A DNA stretch of 64,000 nucleotides, taken from NCBI RefSeq assembly GCF_964355755.1, contig NC_092672.1, positions 27,472,437 through 27,536,436 on the forward strand, in the 5' to 3' direction. Within the stretch, counting starts at the first letter, position 1; each line of letters opens with the position of its first letter. The translations under genes were made by a program, and so were the position numbers. This DNA is from Antedon mediterranea (lineage: Eukaryota; Animalia; Echinodermata). The notes under the pieces were generated by a model. It ran no database searches. It saw only the letters and a program-made list of their open reading frames with translations, and was not told the DNA's origin. This document shows, piece by piece, positions 1 to 11,643 of the stretch.

Positions 1-450
1 CATACTTTACTAATTTATTTTTTAAACCAATATTGTTATATTTAAATGTTTTGTTTTATATTATAAGATGCATCAATGACACTTCTAAAGCGTTTTAGGC
101 TGCTATCCTTGAAATTTATTTCCAATAGTGTTATTACTGGTGGGATATTAACACCAAGTGATTTTCTAAATAAACTCAATTTAAATAAAAATCATACTGA
201 TCATTATTTTTTGTAGCTGAGTCAGAACATAAATATTATAGCACTGGTACACTGATTAATAGCAACATGATGCCTGTTTCAGCGCAGAATAAACTGTTTA
301 TTTCAAAAAAACTTTTTATTTATATCAACTGCATTTCTGCGAAATTTGTGCTCACATAATTATAGTCGTAAGTAGGTCACAAAGACATAACAATGTAATA
401 GTATATCTCTCATTTTATTGTAACAGGACCTTTTCAATTTGACATCACCA

Positions 451-455
451 CAACA

Positions 456-493
<38 letters not shown>

Positions 494-500
494 AACAACA
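451..500. repeat. (GAC)n/(CAA)n trinucleotide microsatellite
   Basis: Run of caacaacgacgacggcgacgacgac...gacaacaaca. Confidence 0.85.
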
Positions 501-1052
501 ATAATAATATATTATAATTTAATGAATATTATTCAAAACCTGAGCTTCACTGACAATATATAATAATAATGAAACACTGTCTGCAGATTGGATATAAGCC
601 CTATATGTTTAATTGGTGTATGTTCTTTTAGTTCTGGTATAACCATTATTCCACAATATCATAATACGTGTTTTTATTTTTATTGTATTAGGTTACTAGG
701 TTACCATTTATGTCTTGGCACAATACACATTGTAACGTAGATTGTATTATTATGTTTATTGATTGCCATTCATCATTCCAATGAATCATTGGCTGAAATA
801 ACATATTCTTTAACATTGAAAGCTGATTCTCTGTATTGTGTGTTGAGCATCTCAATCATCACTGTGGTGTAACAGTCGTTTTTACTAATTCAATATTCCT
901 AATATTTGGCTTTCAGTACTTAGTGTTTCCTGCATAGATTGCTATTGTCTATTTCTACTATATTTTTGTTGGAGGCCTACACGCACTGGAAACAACAGTT
1001 AGTTTGTCTACTACTGAGGATTGAAATTTACCCAGTAAATTAGAACAGAATT

Positions 1053-3116
1053 ATGGCAGCTGTAAATAAATCCCGTGATGACATGGATACAATTGTAGAT
1101 ACTTACCTTATGATGGCCATGGCATCAAGAGATCTTGTAATTACTCACATTAAAGTTGAGCAGAAACTATGGGATATTGCTTTTAATCAATTACCCTATA
1201 TAACATATCAAAAATATGGGACTGGAAGTTATTTTGAAGCTATGCCTCAGGAGATATGTGGAGATGAAGATTTCATGTATAACCATTCAATTTATCCAGA
1301 TGTATTGTGGCTATTTGAACCAGCAAGGAATGACCATAAAGGTGGTTACGTAATAGCTGAGCAGAATCCAAATGAACCAGTTTATTTCACACTTAAAGTA
1401 AGCAGCAACTGGCCTTTGAATGAATCTTTGAAAAATGTTGCTGTGAATGATTATGTAATACCTGATGCTCTTATATTGTCAAATACATTCTATAGTGATT
1501 CTGAAAAATATCTCAAAACGTCTAGAATGCACGGTCCTTCATTAGAAGCTACTTTAATAAACTCTGAAAAAACAGATCAAACCCCTTGTTTAAAATGCCA
1601 GTCATGGACACTGGAATCAGAATTTTTTACAAGAGAAAGATTAAACTGGCCAACACAAGCAACTTTAAGAAAGATTTCAAAGCTTGATTGTCTATTAGTT
1701 GGTGTTGGACATGCAAGTAGCTCATCAAAAGAAATTGAATGGAGGTTATCCTTTTCCCTTGCTGAAAAAGAACTCTGTTATGAACTTAGTGAACCATATG
1801 TAAGATGCATGTGTGCCCTTAAGGCAATAAAATCTTCAAAATACATTAATTTATTTAGTGAATCTGATTCTCCAACACCATTCTGTTCTTACTTTATTAA
1901 GACAGCTTGCTTCTGGATGTGTGAAACCCTTCCTTGTAACAATCAAAGCACGATGGACTTGATCAGGAAGACTTTGGACTGGCTGATAGATTGCTACCAA
2001 CAAAAATACCTTCCTCATTATTTCATTCCTCAACAAAATTTAATTGGACACTTAACAACGAAAAGTTGCGAAGAAGTGATAGTTTCATTGAAAGCAGTTA
2101 AACGAGACCTGTGGTGCTATGTGATGTCAAGTATCGCAGTTGCAGCTGGTGACTTTACTAACAACACTTTTTGTGTCAAATTCAAGCTCCCCAAACTTTC
2201 AAGTCCAAAGGACTATGCAATACTGGAGTCTACATTACTTGATAGCACATGTAAGATTGAGATCATGAAACGTGATTTAATTAGAGGTTACAATGTATTT
2301 TCCATCGGAAAACGACTATTATGTTATACTGTTTTGCATTGTGCAGAATTTAGTAAAATCATACAAGAACATATGCAAGTACACGTTGATAAATTGGAAA
2401 TTCTTCAACTTCAACTTGGCAATATGATTCAATCAGTCTTAGAAAGTGATGACGATATCGTACCAATCGGCTACAAGAAACTTATTCAGCATCATTTGTA
2501 TTGCTGTTTAGGAGACACTTATACAGGAATGCTGAAATTTTTTCAAAGTACTAGGAAAGATGATCTGCATGACTACCTCAATAAGCCATTGGAATACTAT
2601 GAGAAAGGATCAGAGCTTGTGTACCCTGATGGATGGAGTGATCAGGGTATAGGTACCCAAGTCAATGTGATTAAATATTATTATTTAATGAATGAAGAGG
2701 AAAAACTGAAAGAGATGCTTACCAAGTTTGAACCAGTACTTAGCAAAGTCAAAAGAAACAAAGATGTAATGATGAAACTAAGAAAAGTTTTAATACATGG
2801 ACATCTTACTGATGTTGTAGCCTTTGATGAATTTCCTTGGCAAACTGTTGACAGGGACATATTTAGTCTTGCTAAGAGTTCAACCAACTTTTTTTTTGTT
2901 AATCCAATCGTTTTCGTATTCTATGTAAATGCAAAATTATCACTGAAAGAAGGAGACATTTATAGGGCCTATACAAACTTAAATGAAATGAAGTCAAGTT
3001 TGACTGTGATTCATCTTTTAGATCATGAGATAACACAATCATTAATCCAGATCACAGAAAAACTATTGGTTTTATGTTTGTATAAGTTTTTGTTCTTATT
3101 TAGCAAACTATTCTAA
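1053..3116 (+). CDS. Mab-21/cGAS-like receptor (cGLR) nucleotidyltransferase, copy 1, 687 aa, single-exon CDS
   Basis: NTase motif GTGSYFEAMPQEICGDEDFM (GS-x11-DxD); HGPS...D third acid (KTDQTPCL); Mab-21 signatures [26 protein letters not shown] and LPHYFIPQQNL; then a ~320-aa predicted helical extension. Confidence 0.9.
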   Translation: MAAVNKSRDDMDTIVDTYLMMAMASRDLVITHIKVEQKLWDIAFNQLPYITYQKYGTGSYFEAMPQEICGDEDFMYNHSIYPDVLWLFEPARNDHKGGYVIAEQNPNEPVYFTLKVSSNWPLNESLKNVAVNDYVIPDALILSNTFYSDSEKYLKTSRMHGPSLEATLINSEKTDQTPCLKCQSWTLESEFFTRERLNWPTQATLRKISKLDCLLVGVGHASSSSKEIEWRLSFSLAEKELCYELSEPYVRCMCALKAIKSSKYINLFSESDSPTPFCSYFIKTACFWMCETLPCNNQSTMDLIRKTLDWLIDCYQQKYLPHYFIPQQNLIGHLTTKSCEEVIVSLKAVKRDLWCYVMSSIAVAAGDFTNNTFCVKFKLPKLSSPKDYAILESTLLDSTCKIEIMKRDLIRGYNVFSIGKRLLCYTVLHCAEFSKIIQEHMQVHVDKLEILQLQLGNMIQSVLESDDDIVPIGYKKLIQHHLYCCLGDTYTGMLKFFQSTRKDDLHDYLNKPLEYYEKGSELVYPDGWSDQGIGTQVNVIKYYYLMNEEEKLKEMLTKFEPVLSKVKRNKDVMMKLRKVLIHGHLTDVVAFDEFPWQTVDRDIFSLAKSSTNFFFVNPIVFVFYVNAKLSLKEGDIYRAYTNLNEMKSSLTVIHLLDHEITQSLIQITEKLLVLCLYKFLFLFSKLF

Positions 3117-3467
3117 ATAAAATATTACGCAGCTGCTCTGTGTGCGGTTTGGGTGTTAATCTACTTTGTACACAAGCTTGTAAACGGAATAGATATAGAT
3201 AGATATTCTGAAATGCTGCATGATATACAGTAGTGCTAGTCTAGTAGTTCTGATCGCAATTTCATTAATAAACTTGTCCCTCACTTTGTGGAAAAAGTGC
3301 TAATGTTGGGTTATCTAGGTAATTTAGGCGGGAATTGTATTACAGTACTAACATCTGTCATTTGCCTTTATTGTGGCATTTTTAAAATAAACAACTATAA
3401 AGATTGTGTAGGCCTACTACACATTGACATTTGCCATAACAGAATTATCAAATATATAAATCAAGCT

Positions 3468-3815
3468 AAAAAGACATAGATAGAGTTGTAGAGGAATTTC
3501 TGAAGAGGGGCATGGTATAAAGATTGTTTACAGTGGTTCTATGTGGGATATTGCTTATCAGCATTTACCCTTCATAACTTATCACAAATATATGGTGGGT
3601 GGTTTTATAAATATATGCCAGTGTGGAGATCAAGATTGAATGTTGAAAGTAAACAGCACCTGGCCTTTAGATGAATATTGTATTGTTGACAAGAATGGTA
3701 ACAAATTTCTGAGATGCTTTCAGGTAATTTAATTAAGCGTAAAACTCTACATTGGGCTGAAGTAGAAATAACAGATTTTTTCACAAGAAAATGAATAAAT
3801 AACAGGTCAATTACA
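3468..3815 (+). pseudogene. Decayed 5' fragment of a fourth cGLR paralog
   Basis: Collinear nucleotide matches to the intact copies: tgggatattgcttatcagcatttacccttcataacttatcacaaatat (WDIA...LPFITY-KY), tgtggagatcaagat (CGDQD), aaagtaaacagcacctggcctttagatgaa (KVNS-WPLDE), gttgacaagaatggt and gattttttcacaaga. Large deletions, frameshifts and stops interrupt it. Confidence 0.8.
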
Positions 3816-4934
3816 CCATCAGTCAGTTTAAATATGAAACGTACACAGCAAAACTATGCTATCCAAACACATATACATTTGAGCATGACAAAATATCTGA
3901 CTGAAAACTATATATACCACCAAACCTTGCAAATTTAAAATACTAAGTGGGTGGGTTTAGGTGTGCAATGTAAACTTCTTATCGAATACACTAAATCTTG
4001 ATCGATCGATAAATCGATCGCGCGAAAAATTATATTTTGAAAATAAAATTCAAGAAGAAATGAATAGGCTTACTGTATGTTGTTTTATTTTGTTTGTAGT
4101 ATTTAGGAAAAATGTATGTTTACCATTTATCGTAAATCGTTTTTGCCCTAGTGTGTTGCAGCTTATATAGTTAAGCCAATCAAATGTCAATCATGTTCAA
4201 GTTTATATGCCAACAAATTAAACAACAAACTCCCGAAGCGACATTATTCAATTATTTTGGTTTAAATTTGTAGATTATACATTATTTTAAATGCACACGC
4301 AATCAGGCAATCTGCAGTCACATTTTTCATAATGCCAACCAATTAGTCAACAATATCCTGAAACATTATTGAAATATTTTGGTTTAAATTTGTAAATTTT
4401 ACAATTTTTCTTTTATGCTGCACTACTGTACTACGCGCACACACTTAGGCACAATCTTAAATGAAAATTGTACTGTGCTGAGCATATGCTTATTTCTTTC
4501 TTTCATTTATTTGACATCTCAATACATAACATTAAAAATACATCAATAATATATATAATCACCTTTCATATTAGAAAGATTTGTGAATTTAAATCACAAT
4601 ACTTAGTTTATATTATGGACCAAAAGTGGTAGATCTAACAACTTCTATACTAAATGATTGACTTTAGATTCATGTGTATAAATGGAGATGACGGCTCTCT
4701 ACCTACTAAACACAAGAAAACAATTATAATGTGGTTATACTATAGAATCAATCCAAAATGCGCTGTGCACAGTACAAACTTTAATCTGTGCAACACTTTT
4801 CCACATAATCTGTGCGCAAAGTGTAGTATTAGGTACAGTATATAGATTCAACAAATTCACCCGTACACTGTACAAGTCAATACATTGCTTTTATTGTATT
4901 CTTTGGATTGTAGTATTGCGTTTGTCTACTATAT

Positions 4935-5770
4935 CAAAGAATATATATCACAAGAATGATTATTCCGCGATTTTTGCATGAGAAATTTGTAACAGAGAGC
5001 TCCAGTGAGTGATGCCCGCCCTCATAAGGGCGGATGTATACATACTAAATAAGACTTGATTTAATAGATATTATACATGTCACATTAAATAGAATTATGA
5101 TAATAGTTTTTGCAATTTTAAACTATTTTATAATACATATTTATTAACAAACTAGTGTACATTCACTTTTACAGACAATTATTTACTAACATGCTAAGTT
5201 AGTACACAAAAAAGGCCTAACACAGCAACACCAAAAATCAATGAATCGTTACTCAGCATGGCCTATTCTTTACCATTGCCGTTTACTACTCTACGCCCGG
5301 TAAATTAAGTATTGTTTTTATGATATAAATTAGTATAAAATACATGTTATTAATAGGACAAAATGTTAAATGTTATTAACATTTATTTGTTTTACCAGAA
5401 ACAAGTTAAATATAGGAATATTATTAAACAATCCTTCGTGAAAACGCGTAAACACCACACGCCCGGTCACGCTATCGTAGCGCCCGGTTGATAAAGCAAA
5501 CTGTTTATACGGCAGTTTTTACTAAATAAATTGCATAAAACGAACAATTAAATATCCAAATAGTATTTAACATGAAGTTGGCATGTAGTTGATAACATTT
5601 TTTATCATGAAAATACTACCGGTGGTCTAGCCTTTGATTATTGAAACCGTCACAAAAAGTTGTATACATCCCAGATACATCTACACTTATGGCGGCGCCC
5701 TACCACATGGACAATATTACTGTTACAGGGAAAATCGCGGATTACTCATTCTTGTGATATATATTCTTTG
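4935..5770. mobile_element. Non-autonomous TIR DNA transposon, P-superfamily-like (CAAAG termini, 7-bp TSD)
   Basis: TIR caaagaatatatatcacaagaatga at 4935 and tcattcttgtgatatatattctttg ending at 5770; direct repeat ACTATAT at 4928-4934 and 5771-5777. The superfamily call is inferred from termini and TSD length. Confidence 0.75.
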
Positions 5771-6151
5771 ACTATATTTAGACATAGACGCAATGTAAAA
5801 AAAGCAGCTACGTAGACTATGGAATAATGTATACAGCATACAGTATGTATATTGATTCTTCATTCATTGTTTGCAGAGCTGTTGGTTGAGTCATAGACCT
5901 AGCTCCGTAGTTGAATAAACATATTCTATACAATTATAATGTATAAGCATACGACACAAAAATCATTGAAGTGTGTTACCCAGTCTAAAGGATTACTAGC
6001 TGCAGTATGGGAGTATGATCCAAACAAATAACCGGTATAATGTGTAGGCCGTGTAGTTGGATTTAAGTTCGTGCTTATTACCGTACTGTTAACATCTTAC
6101 TCGATCTTCTTACTTTGTGGTGTTCAAAATAACTAACATCATAATAACAGT

Positions 6152-8188
6152 ATGGCAGTTGTGTGTAAATCAAGAGGTAAAGACAATGATAGAATTGCAG
6201 ATAAGCTTCTTAAAAGAGCCATGTGTTTAAGGTCTCTTCGTATTACTTCTAATAAAGTTAAACAGAAACTATACGATATATCTATTACTGCATCCTGCAA
6301 AAGAAAATATGTAGTGGGAAGTTTGTATGAAGCTATGCCTCACATAATTTGTGGAGATCAGGATTTCATGTTAAATCATCCACTTTATCCAGTTGTGTTG
6401 TGGCCGTTTGAACCAGCAAGAAAGGATCATAAAGGTGGCTATCTAATGGCTCAACAGAATCCAAATGAACCAGTTTATTTTACGCTAAAGGTAAACAGCA
6501 ACTGGCCTTTGGATGTATCTTTAAATTATGCTATTAATGAGTATGGTTATATAATGCCTGATGTCTTTACGAAAGATGAATTCCGTAAATCTGAAACAAC
6601 ATTTCAGGAATCGTCTAGGAAACATGGTCCTTCAATAGAATTAACCCATTATGACTCTACAACAACTGATATTATTTCTTGTTTATCCTGTCAGTCATGG
6701 CCATTGCATTCAGTAGATTTTTTTACAAGAGAAAGAGAAAACAGTTGGCCACCAGATGTGATTTTAAGAAAGATCCCCAAGGTTGATTGTCTGGTAGTTG
6801 GTGTTGGACATCCAACAAGCCCATCAAAAGAAATTGAATGGAGGTTATCTTTTTCTCTAGCTGAACGAGAACTTTGTTATGAACTCTGTCAACCATATGC
6901 TGAATGCATGTGTGCTCTTAAAGCAATAAAATCTTCAAAGTACATTGATCTATTTAGTGAATCTGATTCACCAACACCATTCTGTTCTTACTTTATAAAG
7001 ACAGCTTGCTTCTGGATGTGTGAAACTTCACCTACTAAAGGTCATGTCAGCACTATGAACTTGATCAGGAAGACACTTGATTGGCTGATAAAATGCTATG
7101 AAGAAAGGTATCTCCCTCATTATTTTATTTACCAACAAAATTTAATTGGAAATTTCTCAAGAGAATGTTGCGATAAAATGAGAGTTTCACTGAAGACAGT
7201 CAAAAGAGATCTTTGGAGCAATGTGATGTCAAGTATTGCTGTTATAGTTGGTGGTTGTATGGATGTCATTCTAGATCATCAACTCTTTATTCCCAATAGC
7301 CCTAAGGAATATTCAGAACTAATAAATAGCAAAGATAAGATTAAGGAGATTAACACAAATATACTTAGCAATGATTTTACAAAAGAGTTTGAACTACGGT
7401 GTTTAACTACTTTGCAGTGTTTTGTATTTAGTGGTATCATACAAGATTATTTCTGTCAAAAAATCGATCCATTAGAAATTATTCAACTTCAACTCGATGA
7501 TATAATTGAATTAGTCTTAGAAAGTGATGACAAAAATAGTACCAATTGGCTACAAGGAAGTTTACATTATTTATATTGCTGTTTAGGAGATACATATACA
7601 GGTTTATTGAAATATTTACAAGACTGTGGGATATATAATCTGCAAGACTACCTCAACAAGCCATTGAATTGCTATGAGAAAGGATCAAAGCTTTTGTACC
7701 CTGATGGATGGAGAGATCAGAGATGTATAGGTACCCAAATTAATGTTATTAAATTCTACTATTTAATGAATGAAGAAACAAAACTGAAAGAGATGCTTGT
7801 CAAGTTTGAACCAGTACTTAGCAAAGTCAAAAGAAACAAACAAATATTGACAAAACTAAGAAAAGTTATAATAGGTACTACTAAAAACACACAAGTGGAT
7901 ATTTATGCATGGCGTATTGTTGATAAGGACATATTTGGTATTGCTAAAAATTCAAAACATATTACTTGCTTTAATGCAATTGTTTTTATATTTTATGTAA
8001 ATGCCAAACTATCACTTAAAGAAGGAGACATTTATAGAGCATATGAACATTTAAATGAAATGAAGTCAATTTTACATGTCATTAAATTAGCTGATACTGG
8101 GGGTACACTAAAGTTGATTATGATCATAGAAAATTATTTGATTAAAAGTGTATATATGTTTTGGTTATTATTTAGAAAGATCTTCTAA
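6152..8188 (+). CDS. Mab-21/cGAS-like receptor (cGLR) nucleotidyltransferase, copy 2, 678 aa, single-exon CDS
   Basis: VVGSLYEAMPHIICGDQDFM, HGPS...[45 protein letters not shown]; alignable end to end with copy 1. Confidence 0.9.
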   Translation: MAVVCKSRGKDNDRIADKLLKRAMCLRSLRITSNKVKQKLYDISITASCKRKYVVGSLYEAMPHIICGDQDFMLNHPLYPVVLWPFEPARKDHKGGYLMAQQNPNEPVYFTLKVNSNWPLDVSLNYAINEYGYIMPDVFTKDEFRKSETTFQESSRKHGPSIELTHYDSTTTDIISCLSCQSWPLHSVDFFTRERENSWPPDVILRKIPKVDCLVVGVGHPTSPSKEIEWRLSFSLAERELCYELCQPYAECMCALKAIKSSKYIDLFSESDSPTPFCSYFIKTACFWMCETSPTKGHVSTMNLIRKTLDWLIKCYEERYLPHYFIYQQNLIGNFSRECCDKMRVSLKTVKRDLWSNVMSSIAVIVGGCMDVILDHQLFIPNSPKEYSELINSKDKIKEINTNILSNDFTKEFELRCLTTLQCFVFSGIIQDYFCQKIDPLEIIQLQLDDIIELVLESDDKNSTNWLQGSLHYLYCCLGDTYTGLLKYLQDCGIYNLQDYLNKPLNCYEKGSKLLYPDGWRDQRCIGTQINVIKFYYLMNEETKLKEMLVKFEPVLSKVKRNKQILTKLRKVIIGTTKNTQVDIYAWRIVDKDIFGIAKNSKHITCFNAIVFIFYVNAKLSLKEGDIYRAYEHLNEMKSILHVIKLADTGGTLKLIMIIENYLIKSVYMFWLLFRKIF

Positions 8189-9503
8189 CATAAATCTAGT
8201 ATCGCTGTTTGTATCATAGTCTTTAAACTCAAGTATCAAAACAAAATAGAAGGTTCTGCAATAATGCGCAAGATTGATTCTAGCATGACTGAAAATAGCA
8301 TATTACACTTGCTACAGTCATAGCAGGAAATTGCCGTACCTAATAATACTGTAGGTACAAGTATAAGAAATTAAAAAGGATGAGTATAGCATAGAATAGC
8401 AAAAATCCTATGTTATAATATCTTGCATCTGAATTCCTGTTTCCAACCAGGTCATCTATTTATAGTACAAGTAAAAATGACGGAATTCTTTGAATAAAAT
8501 ATTAAAAAGGTTTAGAGTTTCTTTCAAAATATAAGACATATTAGTTGAAAGAAGAATGAAGGCTAACAGAGCAGAATATCCAATATTACAATATTAAGTA
8601 TTGTACATTTTAAATACTGTAAATTTTGGGCGATAATATCAAAGTTTATTTTGGTCAGTAATTAAATAGGCCTAGACCTAGATAGGCTAGGCCTAAATAG
8701 AAAAAACACCTTGTCGACTTGTTGTTGCCTTATTAATTATTGCCATCGTGTTGACGGGTTGATTAAATACACATCATTTTTTTATTTGTGTATTTTAATT
8801 CTCGAAACCGACCAGACACGACACGTCGATGAAAATCTTCTGACCAACAACCGTTTACAATTATGCGCTCTCTATGTTGAGTAAAATTAAAGATGGTAAA
8901 ATTACGCACCGTTTGTAAACCTCTCCCTTGCGTGAAATCCTTCCGATCCTTCCGTCCAATAGACATAAAATAAATCGGAAAAAAAGCCAATGTTACATTT
9001 CTTTATTTTGTAAACTGTTTAAATTAAAAACATTTCTAAACACATACCGGCTTTTAAAAGATAATTTGATATATGAATTGTTTTAATTTAGCACTGAAAC
9101 AATACATTTAAAGAAATGTAACATTGACTTTTATTCTGATTTATTTACTATACTTGTGAACTCGTAATAAAGTCAACTCAATAAAACTATGTCTACACTA
9201 TCAAACTAGTTTGACAAAAAAAAAAGTGCGATGTAGCCAAATATGGTAGTGATATGCCCAAATTATACAAATCTATTATACCTCCTCACCTTGGATGTTG
9301 TTCAATTCAATTATTTCTCCATGTCAGGCCCGTCGAATTGACGCTGTTCAACGGAAGTTTGTACGGTTCCTGTCTTATAATTGTCCTAATTTTGCCTTTT
9401 CCATTAATTCTGTTCAGCAATCGTCGTACTATATCTGATATGTTTTTTAAAATATTTTTTTAACATTTTAAATTTTGAATATGACTGTTAATTTCGCAGC
9501 TTA

Positions 9504-11053
9504 TCTATATATAAATTTACGTAAGGGCAAAATTCGGTAAATCGCGCCTTACTTCTAGAATTTTTACTCGATGGTATATAAAGTTGGTTCGTACTTTCGG
9601 TACTGATTTTAACCACCTGATGTAACCCTGTTTACTAATTAAATTAAGTTAGATAATTAGTTATTGGCGATTAAAACGAATTTAGGTTCAACGATTTGCC
9701 CCAAATAGGGGTGTTTTCCGATCGTGGTATACACTGTCTAATGGATGTCCGTCTTGAAAAATACCCGCCACAAAAATGCGAGGAGGCTTCGCATTTTCCT
9801 ATCTCCTCCTACGATAATTGTTTTTAATAGCTGAAAACCGGTTGAACAGTTCGAGTACAGCATCATAATGTTGAAGACAGGCCGATTTTCTTTAAAAATA
9901 CTATTTTGATACATTTAATATACGTTTTTACAAATGTATTGATTTGTGATGAATGGAACATTCCAAATTATTTGGTTTAACCATACAGGTATAGATTTAG
10001 ATTTATGGGCCCCCTTGGAGAATAAACATAAATAGTATTGCAATGCTGTACAATACTGTTAAGGTATTAACCACTTTTGATCGCAATTTGAATCGCAAAT
10101 TTCTTACTGTGAGTGTTGGTACTGTTAGATGTAATATAAAAATATATACAAATAAACTTTATTACTGTGAGTGTGGGTAGGCCCTACTGTTAGATTATAA
10201 ACATATAATATAGAAATAAACATTCCAAATTATTTGGTTTAACCATAGAGGTATAGATTTAGATTTATGGGCCCCCTTGGAGAATAAACATAAATAGTAT
10301 TGCAATGCTGTACAATACTGTTAAGGTATTAACCACTTTTGATCGCAATTTGAATCGCAAATTTCTTACTGTGAGTGTTGGTACTGTTAGATGTAATATA
10401 AAAATATATACAAATAAACTTTATTACTGTGAGTGTGGGTAGGCCCTACTGTTAGATTATAAACATATAATATACAAATAAATAAACGTTATTACTGACA
10501 GTTGCTTCTCAACGTTTGTATTAATTAATAATTTAAAAATATATAAACGTCGTAGTGGTGTACTTTACTATTTCAATCGACTATGACAGTGAGAGTTTTA
10601 ACAAAGTACCGTATTAAATCGTAAATGTTTTACTGTATTTAGTGGTATATTATTTATAGGCCTATAAAACATTAAAAACAATATTTCGTTACTGAGTGGA
10701 TAAGAATATATTTTAAAATGTTTCCTCTTTGTACCTATCTTCTTCCCCCATCCCTCAACCCTTAATGTTACATACAAAACACAAATTGGGTTTGTTTAAA
10801 TGAGTCCAAATAAAAAAATTTGACTCATTTTGTTTTTCTCTCGGAAGTAATTCCCAGGGTGCTAATTTTGGTTGACTACATAAATCATTGTGTATATTTA
10901 TTCGTTTCTGTAAACGACAATATGTATTATAGTCCTGCGGTACGTACACTGTTTGAAATCTCCATTTTTTTCTCGCTGGAAATACTGTGTATTCGAGAAC
11001 CATCTGTGGGCACGACCTAGATGGTACGCGAGCGAAGCGAGCGTGCCATCTAG
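9504..11053 (+). mobile_element. Non-autonomous Helitron
   Basis: Starts A|TCTATATATAAA and ends with hairpin ctagatggtacgc-gagcgaagcga-gcgtgccatCTAG|T. It is inserted between A and T with no TSD. Homologous pieces occur at about 37982-38455 (+) and 62324-62548 (-). Confidence 0.8.
9957..10480. repeat. Near-perfect 262-bp tandem duplication inside the Helitron
   Basis: aacattccaaattatttggtttaacc... starts at 9957 and again at 10219, with only a couple of mismatches. Confidence 0.9.
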
Positions 11054-11499
11054 TATTAACTAATTAGGCCTAGTAATGTATTGGTAAGTGTAATAATATA
11101 AAACAAGGAAAAAGGGTTTGGAAAACCATTATGATTCAACATTTCCAATTTTATGCCATATAATTATTGTTCTCAATATGCTAAACATTTAATCCGTAAT
11201 TGAAGATGCTTAAATTAAAATAAATATTAAAATCACACACGACTCAATTTTAGACTAGTCGTTAATCTGAATCTAAATCACTTTAGGAAGATAAATTTTA
11301 TTATGATTATATTTATCTCAAGTCTAGTAAAGAATTGTATTGCTAATTTATTTACACTTTTAAATGATTGAGATATTTTTTAGAAGCATTATTAGCATTT
11401 GTGTTTTTTTGTTGTATATTTTGTATACCCGAAAACAAATGAATTTGAAAAAAATAATGATGTGAATATAATAATCTGAATCACAACACAAAAATTACA

Positions 11500-11643
11500 A
11501 TCTGCGCATGTCTTACGCAGCTTTATAGGTACGATGGCAAACATCGCTTCTTTCGATGACGTAACAATTGTTTACCTTTGAGTTAGTTTGCACGTAGTAG
11601 AGCATACTGTGGTTATTTATCGTTTACAATTTTGCTAATCAAA
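11500..11643 (+). promoter_or_regulatory. Putative SLC6 proximal promoter/5' region
   Basis: CpG-containing stretch just upstream of ATG 11644 with TGCGCATG (NRF1-like) and TGACGT (CRE-like) motifs. Motif presence only. Confidence 0.3.

Noticed and set aside
1053-8188. Bacterial CBASS/CD-NTase operon or horizontal transfer
   Set aside because: The context is spliceosomal animal DNA, no Cap effector genes are adjacent, and the proteins carry metazoan Mab-21 motifs (EWRLSFS, SY-IKT, LPHYF).
8966-9146. Inverted repeat with ~38-bp arms
   Set aside because: Real but short and degenerate, with no TSD or second copy seen; probably an old MITE fragment.
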